From NCBI GenBank assembly GCA_051382335.1, contig JBBCAX010000435.1, positions 1 to 24,060 of the forward strand: a stretch of 24,060 bases of DNA, written 5' to 3'. Positions 16,239 through 24,060 of the stretch are shown one piece after another. Made by a program: the position numbers and the translations under genes. The notes beneath the pieces are model-generated. The model searched no databases. It saw nothing but the letters and a program-made list of their open reading frames with translations, and was not told where the DNA came from. The stretch's first letter is position 1, and every line of letters starts with the position of its first letter. The DNA is from Deltaproteobacteria bacterium TL4. Its GTDB lineage: Bacteria > SAR324 > NAC60-12.

Positions 16239-17351
16239 ATGATTACGTTTCGTTCTCTTTTTCTGCAACTCATTGCCCCTTTCACCATGGGAACGGTGAT
16301 TTTGACCTTCGTGCTCTCGTTGGACACCGTTTACCGTCTGATCGATTTAATCGTGACCAAAGGGGTGAATGTCGTAAGCGTCATCTTGATGCTCCTGTAT
16401 CGCCTGCCCCAATTTCTTTCAATCACGATTCCGCTCTCCATGTTGATCGCGACCTTTATGATGATGATCCGGTTGTCCATGGAGTTGGAACTGACCGCCA
16501 TGCGGGCATGCGGCATGAGTTATTGGTACATAGGAAGACCCATCTTTGCCTTCGGAATATTTACCACAGCGCTCACCTACCTGTTAACACTATGGTTACA
16601 ACCCTACGGCTTTTCAGCCTTTGAAACCGAAAAACTCAAAGTACTCAAATCTCATACGGCAAAGAATATCCAGCCTAAAGTGCTGAACTACGATTTTCAA
16701 GGGCAGGTGATGTACGTTCAGGATAAAGGCAAAAATGGAGAACTGGTTGGAGTTTTTATTACAGACCTTGAATTAAAACCAGGCTCCATGGTGGTCATGG
16801 CAAATGGAGGAAACATTCAAGTTCGTGAAGATCAACAAGATGTTGTTCTGAGACTGAATGAAGGAAAAATTCACAAAGAGGAAACCGAACCCGACGTTTA
16901 TCGGACGATTGCCTTCAAAACTTTAAATTATATTTCCAAACTGCCTGATATTGTGCCTTCGACAACAGAAAAGGGAGGACATATCTGGGGTGTCACCACT
17001 CGAGAATTATTAAAACGAGAAGCTCATATCGCAAAAATTGAACTTCTGCTTCGCCTCACAACCCCTTGGGCTTGCTTGGGTTTTGCTTTTGGGGCCCTAT
17101 CTTTAGGAATCACCAATCCAAGACGAGGACGTTCAGGTGCGTACTTACGAGCCTTAATTCTCCTGGTCGTTTATTACATCCTCTGGTTAGGCGCAAAAGA
17201 ATTAACCCGTTTTTCAGGAGCAAGCCCTCAGATACTATGGATTCCTCCACTTGTTATTTTGGTTTATGGCCTTTACAGTATCTACAAAATGGATAATCAT
17301 CTTGATCACATCATTGATGTTTTTAAATACCTTTTCATGCGCAGGGTATGA
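16239..17351 (+). CDS. lptF: LPS export ABC transporter permease (LptF/YjgP family)
   Basis: Three N-terminal TMs with RLSMELELTAMRACGMS, a periplasmic domain, and three C-terminal TMs around RRGRSG. Start immediately follows the upstream stop (TAAATG). Confidence 0.85.
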   Translation: MITFRSLFLQLIAPFTMGTVILTFVLSLDTVYRLIDLIVTKGVNVVSVILMLLYRLPQFLSITIPLSMLIATFMMMIRLSMELELTAMRACGMSYWYIGRPIFAFGIFTTALTYLLTLWLQPYGFSAFETEKLKVLKSHTAKNIQPKVLNYDFQGQVMYVQDKGKNGELVGVFITDLELKPGSMVVMANGGNIQVREDQQDVVLRLNEGKIHKEETEPDVYRTIAFKTLNYISKLPDIVPSTTEKGGHIWGVTTRELLKREAHIAKIELLLRLTTPWACLGFAFGALSLGITNPRRGRSGAYLRALILLVVYYILWLGAKELTRFSGASPQILWIPPLVILVYGLYSIYKMDNHLDHIIDVFKYLFMRRV

Positions 17352-17379
17352 ACCTTATTACTCTAAATGTTGAGGCCTT

Positions 17380-18051
17380 ATGTCTAACAAATGTTGCTTG
17401 TTGCTTGGTTTTTTGTGGCTCTACACCTTGACTCCATCAAACAGTTTTGCCAATCAGCAAACAGATGATATTGTTGATCGTATTCAGAAACAGTATCATA
17501 GTATTACAAGTTTTAGCGGTCACTTTATACAGATCAATTACCTCAGTGAGTCTCCCAAAACGCCTAGGAAAGCAACAGGCATGATTGCCTATACACGGCC
17601 TGGTAAAATGCGCTGGACTTATGAAAAACCTGAGGAACAACTCTTGGTCACTGATGGTCAAACGGTTTGGCTTTATGATCCGTTATTAGAAAATGTAACC
17701 ATTCAACCCTTGAAGCAAGTTACGCAGGATACGGCAATGTCCTTTTTACTGGGGATAGGAAATCTGAAAGCTGAATTCACCCAAAAACCAGTTTCTCGCC
17801 CGTTGTTCCAAGGAGATAACATCGAATTAATCGAACTTCGCCCTCTCAAGCCTTTAGCCAACATTGCTTTCATTCAACTGGCAATCAACCCTAAAACTTA
17901 CAATTTGAAAGCCATTATTCTGATGGACACACTAGAAAATTATCGAAGTATTGAATTCACTCAAATGAGTTACAATCTTGACTTGGATCAGAAGTTATTC
18001 ACGTTTCAAGTGACTCCTGAGATGGAAATCATCAATGCGGAGAAGGAATAA
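17380..18051 (+). CDS. lolA: outer-membrane lipoprotein carrier protein
   Basis: Signal peptide; SFSGHFIQ, RPGKMRWTY..PEEQLLVTDGQTVWLYDP.LE.V; C-terminal F.F...P. Confidence 0.92.
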   Translation: MSNKCCLLLGFLWLYTLTPSNSFANQQTDDIVDRIQKQYHSITSFSGHFIQINYLSESPKTPRKATGMIAYTRPGKMRWTYEKPEEQLLVTDGQTVWLYDPLLENVTIQPLKQVTQDTAMSFLLGIGNLKAEFTQKPVSRPLFQGDNIELIELRPLKPLANIAFIQLAINPKTYNLKAIILMDTLENYRSIEFTQMSYNLDLDQKLFTFQVTPEMEIINAEKE

Positions 18052-18066
18052 ACGTAGTGGATTGCC

Positions 18067-18095
18067 TTGATTCGTCGTTGAAGAGCAACTATGAT
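18067..18095 (+). promoter_or_regulatory. sigma70-type promoter upstream of rph
   Basis: TTGATT (18067-18072), 17-bp spacer, TATGAT (18090-18095). Confidence 0.55.
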
Positions 18096-18131
18096 GCTCA
18101 AAATTATTGTTCACTCTTGGAATAAAATGCT

Positions 18132-18929
18132 ATGGGACCCCTGAAAGAATCATTAGCCGATAATAGTGATTTAAAAAATATTATCGCCTCATTACCCCGT
18201 ACTGATCACAGAAAAGATAACGAGCCGCGTCCCATACACATCATTCCCAACTTTACCATGCATGCGGAAGGTTCGGTCTTGGTAGAAACTGGAAACACCA
18301 AAGTGATTTGCACCGCGTTCGTTGAAAATGTCGTCCCCCCCTTTATCAGGGGCCAAAACAAAGGCGGCTGGATTACGGCAGAATACGGAATGTTGCCTGG
18401 CTCCACATCCTCCCGGAAAAAAAGAGAGGCCTCCCAGGGTAAAATTGATGGAAGAACCCAGGAAATCCAACGCTTGATAGGTCGATCCATTCGATCGGTT
18501 GTGGATCTTTCTTTGCTTGGAGAACGGACCCTCTGGATTGATTGTGACGTCATACAGGCCGATGGAGGAACCCGTACCGCCTCAATCACAGGCAGTTTTG
18601 TCGCACTGATTCTCGCCTTGAGAAAACTCTATCAAAATAAGGCCTTCAAGAAAATCCCCATTCAGGAACACCTTGCGGCCATTAGTGTGGGAATAGTTGA
18701 TGGACGTCCCATGCTGGATTTGAAATATGATGAAGATAGCCGTGCGGAAGTAGATATGAATGTTGTGATGCTTCAATCGGGGGAATTGATTGAAGTCCAG
18801 GGCACCGCAGAAAAGAAACCCTTCTCTCGGGCAACCTTCAATACCATGATGGATTATGCGGAAGCAGGCATTAAAGCGCACTTTGATGCCCAAAGGGCCG
18901 CCCTTGATGGATATTTAATCAGAAAATAG
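18132..18929 (+). CDS. rph: ribonuclease PH
   Basis: HAEGSVL...[62 protein letters not shown]. Confidence 0.96.
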   Translation: MGPLKESLADNSDLKNIIASLPRTDHRKDNEPRPIHIIPNFTMHAEGSVLVETGNTKVICTAFVENVVPPFIRGQNKGGWITAEYGMLPGSTSSRKKREASQGKIDGRTQEIQRLIGRSIRSVVDLSLLGERTLWIDCDVIQADGGTRTASITGSFVALILALRKLYQNKAFKKIPIQEHLAAISVGIVDGRPMLDLKYDEDSRAEVDMNVVMLQSGELIEVQGTAEKKPFSRATFNTMMDYAEAGIKAHFDAQRAALDGYLIRK

Positions 18930-18984
18930 TAACAGCTTCGCCACAAATTTGCGCAGCTAATTTTCATATATAAAGAAACCACTT

Positions 18985-19893
18985 ATGTATCCCTATATCT
19001 TTCAAGTCGACATTCCGTGGATTAATATCACCTTACAACCTAGATTTTATGGCCTGTTCTACGCCATTTCAATCATGTTCGGTTATAAAATCGTTCTCTC
19101 TGAAGTCAGACGGAGACTCCTGCCCTTGAATGAAGACGAAACCATGAACTGCGTCCTTCTGATATTCATGGGAGGCTTACTGGGAGGAAGAGTTTATGAA
19201 GTTATTTTTGAATGGTCCAATCATTATTCCAATTACCCTTGGACAGAGGTCTTTGCTATTTGGCATGGAGGTCTGGCAATTCATGGAGGAATCTTGGGAG
19301 GGGTCGTATCCCTTTACTTTTACACCCGTTACAAAGAGTTCAGGTTTTTAGAATTCACGGATATCGGAACCCTAACCATTATTCTGGGACAAGCCCTAGG
19401 ACGATGGGGAAATTTTACCAATGGGGAAGCGGCAGGTCCGGTAACCGACTCCTGGATGGGCCTCATTTTTCCACCAGGCAGCTCTATTTATTACTATGCG
19501 CAAGGGCAACCTGTACATCCCACGATGATCTATGAATCCCTGGGAAACTTTATTATTTTTTGGGTTTTATGGAAGATCCGGTTAAAAAACTTTCGCCACG
19601 GGATGATGACCGCCGTGTACTTGGTACTCTACTCTCTTCTGCGCTCAGCACTGACCCCGCTGCGGATGGATAATCAATTTTTTGAATGGATGGGAGTTCG
19701 TATCCTTGCTCCTTATGGAATCAGTGTCGTTTTAGGCTTGGCTGGATGTCTGCTTATCATTGGAAAGCGGCTTTGGCAGGTTCAACCTATTTTGTCTGCG
19801 ACCCAAGACTCTGTTTTCGCCACAAACAAGACTCCGGAACCAAAGATAAAGTATAAATCGAATCGTCGTACAAAAAAAAATAACAAAAAATAA
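18985..19893 (+). CDS. lgt: prolipoprotein diacylglyceryl transferase
   Basis: RFYG, GGR..V, IWHGGLAIHGG, GQALGRWGNFTNGE, HPTMIYES; multiple TM segments. Confidence 0.95.
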   Translation: MYPYIFQVDIPWINITLQPRFYGLFYAISIMFGYKIVLSEVRRRLLPLNEDETMNCVLLIFMGGLLGGRVYEVIFEWSNHYSNYPWTEVFAIWHGGLAIHGGILGGVVSLYFYTRYKEFRFLEFTDIGTLTIILGQALGRWGNFTNGEAAGPVTDSWMGLIFPPGSSIYYYAQGQPVHPTMIYESLGNFIIFWVLWKIRLKNFRHGMMTAVYLVLYSLLRSALTPLRMDNQFFEWMGVRILAPYGISVVLGLAGCLLIIGKRLWQVQPILSATQDSVFATNKTPEPKIKYKSNRRTKKNNKK

Positions 19894-19972
19894 GCTTAAT
19901 AACTTACTGATATTTCTATATTTATATACAGTCCAGGCCAAAGGTACTGTCCTCGCCCTCAGTCGAGTACTG

Positions 19973-20001
19973 TTGACAATTGCATTTGCCCCCTCTATAT
20001 T
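19973..20001 (+). promoter_or_regulatory. strong sigma70 promoter upstream of topA
   Basis: Consensus TTGACA (19973-19978), 17-bp spacer, TATATT (19996-20001). Confidence 0.75.
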
Positions 20002-20095
20002 TCGAAAATGCAGGCTGGAAAAACCTGCTCTTTTCGATCAAATGTTAGACTCATCTAATAAATTTCAGTGCATTAACCTCTAATTTATTCCGAAC

Positions 20096-22510
20096 ATGGC
20101 AAAATCATTGGTGGTTGTAGAATCTCCAGCAAAAGCGAAAACGATTAACAAGTACTTAGGAAAACAATATATTGTTAAAGCGTCCATTGGGCACGTCAAG
20201 GACTTGCCAAAAGATGAACTTGGCGTCGATATAGAAAATGATTTTGCGCCAAAGTACGAGGTCATGCCTGATAAAAATAAAGTAATCAAGGAATTGCGTA
20301 AAGACGCAAAATCGGTAGAGAGCATTTACCTGGCGTCAGATCCTGACCGTGAAGGAGAAGCCATTGCGGCTCACTTGGCAGAGGAACTTCAAAAAAATTT
20401 TAAGGGACCCATTCACCGGGTTTTACTGTATGAAATCACAAAAAAGTCAATTCTGGAAACTTTTGAAAACCCGGGACAGATCAATCAAAACAAGTACGAA
20501 GCCCAAAAGGCAAGAAGAGTGCTCGATCGACTTGTCGGTTATCAAATCAGCCCTCTGCTCTGGGAAAAAGTGAGATTTGGTCTCAGTGCAGGTCGTGTCC
20601 AATCGGTTGCGGTTCGGATCATTTGTGAACGGGAACAGAAGATTCAAGCCTTCAAACCTGAGGAGTATTGGTATATTCATTCCCTTCTGAACCCTGAAGG
20701 ACGTAAGGAAATCCGGGTCAAGCTGTTTAAAAGTCAGGGAAAAGTTCTCAAAATCACAGATGAGGAAAGCGCCACCAAACTTGTCAATGAAGCCATGCAA
20801 GCTGATTTTATTGTAAAAACCGTCACAAAAAAACAGCGGTTACGCCATCCCGTTGCCCCCTTTACCACATCCACGTTACAGCAGGAGGCCTCGCGTAAAT
20901 TTGGTTTTTCAAGTTCACGTACCATGCAAATTGCGCAGCAGCTCTATGAGGGCGTCAATGAAGAAGTAGGCGGACTCATCACTTACATGCGTACCGATTC
21001 GATACGTATCTCAGAGGTGGCGTTAAGAGAACTCCTGGACTCGATCGCCTTGGTTTATGGGGAGGCTTACCTTCCTGAAAAACCAAGGCTATATAAAAGT
21101 AACAAGGTCAGCAAGGTCCAGGACGCTCATGAAGCGATACGTCCAACCTCAATGAAATATCCTCCGAATCAAACCAAACATGTGCTCGACCATGATCAAC
21201 AGAGGCTTTACACCTTAATATGGAATCGTTTTGTTTCCTCTCAAATGGCTTCCGCTGTTTATGATCAAACGCAAGTGGATATTGAATCGGGAAAATTAAT
21301 ATGGCGCATCAGTGGTTCGGTGCTTGTGTTCCCAGGCTTTCTTGACGTTTATTCTGAAGGAAAAGATGATACTTCTGCGGATGAAGATGAGGAAGAATTC
21401 CTCCTTCCTCCTTTGAAAGAAGGAGAAACCCTTCAATTAAAAGCAATACAGCCTTCCCAACACTTTACAGAACCGCCACCCCGTTATAGTTCGGCAACAT
21501 TAATTAAAGAGCTTGAAGAACAGGGAATCGGTCGCCCCAGTACTTTTGCCAGTATTATGAATACGATTGAAAAACGACTCTACGTGGAAAATATTAATAA
21601 ACGATATTTTCCCACGCCTATTGGCACGCTGGTCAACAGCTTGCTGGTCAATAGTTTTCCGGACATCCTTGATGTCGGATTCACGGCACAGTTTGAAAAC
21701 ACGCTGGATGGGGTTGAAGAAGGAACCGCCAATTGGACTGAGACCATCCGGCAGTTCTATGGGAAATTCAGTCAAGATCTGAAAACCGCGCATACCGAAA
21801 TGCCTGATGTAAAAAAACAGGAAATTCCTACGGATCTCACTTGCCATAACTGCAATAGTCCCATGGTGATTAAATGGGGTAAAAATGGGGAATTTTTGGC
21901 TTGCTCTAATTATCCCGATTGTAAAACAACCAGTGAGTTCAAACTCAATGAAGAAGGCAAACCGGAACCCGTTTCACTGGGAGAAACAGACCAAAAATGC
22001 GATAAATGCGGTAACCCGCTGATGATTAAGAAAGGGAAATTCGGTCAATTCTTAGCTTGTTCCGACTATCCCAAGTGTAAAAACACAAAACCACTCGAAG
22101 AAGACGAACAACAGCAACCTCATCAAAAAGTTGAAGGAACTTGCGAACTTTGTGGTTTAGGCTTAGTCAAACGCGTAGGAAGATTTGGTCCGTTTACTTC
22201 CTGTGAAAACTATCCCGAATGTAAATACATTCAAAAAAACCGGGTTGACACCAAAATTATTTGCCCTGAATGCAGTAAGGGCAACTTGTTGGAACGTCGT
22301 TCACGAAAGGGAAAGACCTTTTATAGCTGTTCTAACTATCCAAAATGTAAATTTGCCATGTGGGATAAGCCCGTCAATCAACCTTGTCCTCAATGTGGAT
22401 TTACAACTTTAGGAGAAAAGCAAACCAAACGTGAGCACCTGTTGAAATGCCCTAATCCTGAATGTAATTTCACTGAACCTCTTTTCATTCAACAGGAAAA
22501 TTCAGCATGA
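20096..22510 (+). CDS. topA: DNA topoisomerase I (type IA) with C-terminal C4 zinc ribbons
   Basis: VESPAKAKTI, DPDREGEAIA (TOPRIM), SAGRVQS, active site LITYMRTDS, QDAHEAIRPT, GIGRPST. Four CxxC...C..YP.C ribbons plus a fifth CPQC...CPNPEC. Confidence 0.97.
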   Translation: MAKSLVVVESPAKAKTINKYLGKQYIVKASIGHVKDLPKDELGVDIENDFAPKYEVMPDKNKVIKELRKDAKSVESIYLASDPDREGEAIAAHLAEELQKNFKGPIHRVLLYEITKKSILETFENPGQINQNKYEAQKARRVLDRLVGYQISPLLWEKVRFGLSAGRVQSVAVRIICEREQKIQAFKPEEYWYIHSLLNPEGRKEIRVKLFKSQGKVLKITDEESATKLVNEAMQADFIVKTVTKKQRLRHPVAPFTTSTLQQEASRKFGFSSSRTMQIAQQLYEGVNEEVGGLITYMRTDSIRISEVALRELLDSIALVYGEAYLPEKPRLYKSNKVSKVQDAHEAIRPTSMKYPPNQTKHVLDHDQQRLYTLIWNRFVSSQMASAVYDQTQVDIESGKLIWRISGSVLVFPGFLDVYSEGKDDTSADEDEEEFLLPPLKEGETLQLKAIQPSQHFTEPPPRYSSATLIKELEEQGIGRPSTFASIMNTIEKRLYVENINKRYFPTPIGTLVNSLLVNSFPDILDVGFTAQFENTLDGVEEGTANWTETIRQFYGKFSQDLKTAHTEMPDVKKQEIPTDLTCHNCNSPMVIKWGKNGEFLACSNYPDCKTTSEFKLNEEGKPEPVSLGETDQKCDKCGNPLMIKKGKFGQFLACSDYPKCKNTKPLEEDEQQQPHQKVEGTCELCGLGLVKRVGRFGPFTSCENYPECKYIQKNRVDTKIICPECSKGNLLERRSRKGKTFYSCSNYPKCKFAMWDKPVNQPCPQCGFTTLGEKQTKREHLLKCPNPECNFTEPLFIQQENSA

Positions 22511-23163
22511 ATCCCCATGAAACTTCTTCCAAATTGATGGTAAAAAGCTTTCCCGTAGGCCCTTTGGCGTGTAATTGCACGATCCTTGGAGATCCTGTCA
22601 CCAAAAAAGCGGTTATCATCGATCCAGGCGGAGATGCGGAGCATATCATGAACCTGATTCAATCGATGGGTTTGGAGATCATCAAAATTCTCCACACGCA
22701 TGCTCATCTCGATCACTTCTTGGCATCAGGAAAGATTAAAGCGGCGACAGGAGCCCCTTTAGCCCTGAACAAAGAGGATCAAGATTTGTGGAATGGCTTA
22801 AAAATGCAGTGCAGCATGTTTGGGATCCCTTATTTCCCTGTTCCTTCACCAGACCATTGGCTTCAACATCAGGAAGAAATACAGATTCATGACCATCAGG
22901 GGGTTTCTCTACATACACCTGGTCATTCGCCAGGATCAATGTGTTTTCACTTTGAGTCTCAAAAATTATTAATTGCAGGAGATACGCTGTTCCAAGGTTC
23001 AATTGGACGAACCGACTTGTGGGGAGGAAATTATCAGAAAATTGAACACTCGATAAAAAAACAACTTTATGTTCTGGATGAAGCGACTCATGTGGTGACG
23101 GGGCATGGCCCGGCCACAACCATCGGAAATGAAATACGACATAACATGTTCGTGAGGGGTTAG
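22507..23163 (+). CDS. MBL-fold metallo-hydrolase (YcbL/GloC glyoxalase II-like)
   Basis: VGPLACNC, IIDPG, HTHAHLDH, HTPGHSPGS, GDTLF.GSIGRTDL.GG, GHGP.TTIG.E. ATGA overlap with the topA stop. Confidence 0.9.
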   Translation: MNPHETSSKLMVKSFPVGPLACNCTILGDPVTKKAVIIDPGGDAEHIMNLIQSMGLEIIKILHTHAHLDHFLASGKIKAATGAPLALNKEDQDLWNGLKMQCSMFGIPYFPVPSPDHWLQHQEEIQIHDHQGVSLHTPGHSPGSMCFHFESQKLLIAGDTLFQGSIGRTDLWGGNYQKIEHSIKKQLYVLDEATHVVTGHGPATTIGNEIRHNMFVRG

Positions 23164-23237
23164 ATTTGACAACAGCATCTTAAAGATCTCCTGTGTCCTG
23201 AAGCTCAGCGTTAAACCGTGCCGCAGAAAAGTCAGAC

Positions 23238-23870
23238 TCACACTGTTCTAACAGCAGTCGATGTTGCTTCTACCAAGAATTTGATGTTGGAAAGTTTCCA
23301 TTCCAGACCACTTCTTGATAAAATAAACTCCAAAAATTTCTCGTTTTCCACAGGGAGCATGATCGAAAAACGGGAAATGGACTTATAGCTCAGTTTTGCC
23401 TCTTGTAACGCACGGAATTCGGTAATGTACGTCCTGCCATCCTCAACGACAATCAGTTGTCCCTGATTTTTTAGAAACTCCGCATGACCTTTCATTAATT
23501 CTGCAATCGCCCGGGGAGTTACCAGGACTTCAATCATCTTTTCAGTAAACAACCCCGCCAAATTTAAGCCAAAAATCACAAAAGCATTACTTTTAAAACT
23601 TTTTCCCATTTTATCAGACATCATGAAATTTGCCTGATCCACCAAATTCTGGCGCAAAGCAGGGAAATCCACATAATCCGCCAGTTTATCCAAGTTTTGT
23701 TGTTCCACCGCGGACTTCATTTGATAAACGATGAGGTAAGGCAGGAAGAACAAAATAATCAGTCCAAGCGTCGCAAGGTAGGGCAACGCATAAAAAACGA
23801 CAACACCGACTATGATCAACGCAGCTAACGGGATTAGAGAATCACCAATTTTTTTCAAAGCACACCTCAC
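23238..23870 (-). CDS. membrane-anchored DUF2939-like protein (start GTG 23870, or TTG 23858 with GAGG RBS)
   Basis: N-terminal hydrophobic segments, then PY....MKSAVE..NLDKLADYVDFPALRQNL and C-terminal LSRSGLEWKLSNI, matching the DUF2939 pattern as recalled. Confidence 0.7.
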   Translation of the reverse strand: MRCALKKIGDSLIPLAALIIVGVVVFYALPYLATLGLIILFFLPYLIVYQMKSAVEQQNLDKLADYVDFPALRQNLVDQANFMMSDKMGKSFKSNAFVIFGLNLAGLFTEKMIEVLVTPRAIAELMKGHAEFLKNQGQLIVVEDGRTYITEFRALQEAKLSYKSISRFSIMLPVENEKFLEFILSRSGLEWKLSNIKFLVEATSTAVRTV

Positions 23871-24060
23871 AACAATTAAACTTGATTAAAATCTATACTG
23901 GACTTTGAACATTTTGGTTAATTTAAAAAATAGTATAATGGACCCCATATTTTAGACCAGTATTTAAGGTGAAAAATCTTGTAAAAAACGCTGAGTTCTG
24001 GAAGCCTTCAGTTCCGTATCAATTTCAGAAGTCAAAGTAACGAATCACCTTCAAGAGAGA

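Noticed and set aside
13369..19880. A8-A9 homopolymers in acs (13369-13376, 13699-13706) and lgt (19872-19880) as phase-variation tracts
   Set aside because: Lys-codon runs in intact housekeeping genes of an AT-rich genome.
651..23241. Numerous 60-140 aa ORFs overlapping or antisense to the main genes
   Set aside because: Shadow ORFs lying within or across well-supported genes, with no recognisable motifs.
23934..24060. TATAAT at 23934 and an imperfect stem near 23993-24033 as a promoter or ncRNA
   Set aside because: No properly spaced -35, the stem is imperfect, and the downstream context is cut by the window edge.

Overview
Bacterial, diderm chromosomal window; the gene set and protein styles suggest a delta-proteobacteria-like lineage, which is inference only. 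The left ~9.6 kb is accessory. It holds an IS scar (5' end of a probable IS66-type accessory gene running out of the window, plus the 3' remnant of an ISAs1-family transposase), two tandem paralogous lipoproteins (lipobox + 4 Cys-closed Ig-like repeats + 7 repeats of ~60 aa forming a likely beta-propeller), an unrecognised 2-TM protein and, divergently, an orphan membrane-bound CheA-like (HPt + HATPase, no CheW) histidine kinase. The right ~14 kb is a co-directional housekeeping/envelope run: dapB, valS, acs, GnnA-like oxidoreductase, lptF, lolA, rph, lgt, topA and an MBL-fold hydrolase, then a convergent DUF2939-like gene. I found no rRNA, tRNA, CRISPR array or reverse transcriptase. The best candidate for an undescribed system is the adhesin/lectin-like lipoprotein pair + 2-TM ORFan + class III-type kinase module. 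The atypical valS bracketed by a 9-bp direct repeat is the second lead.
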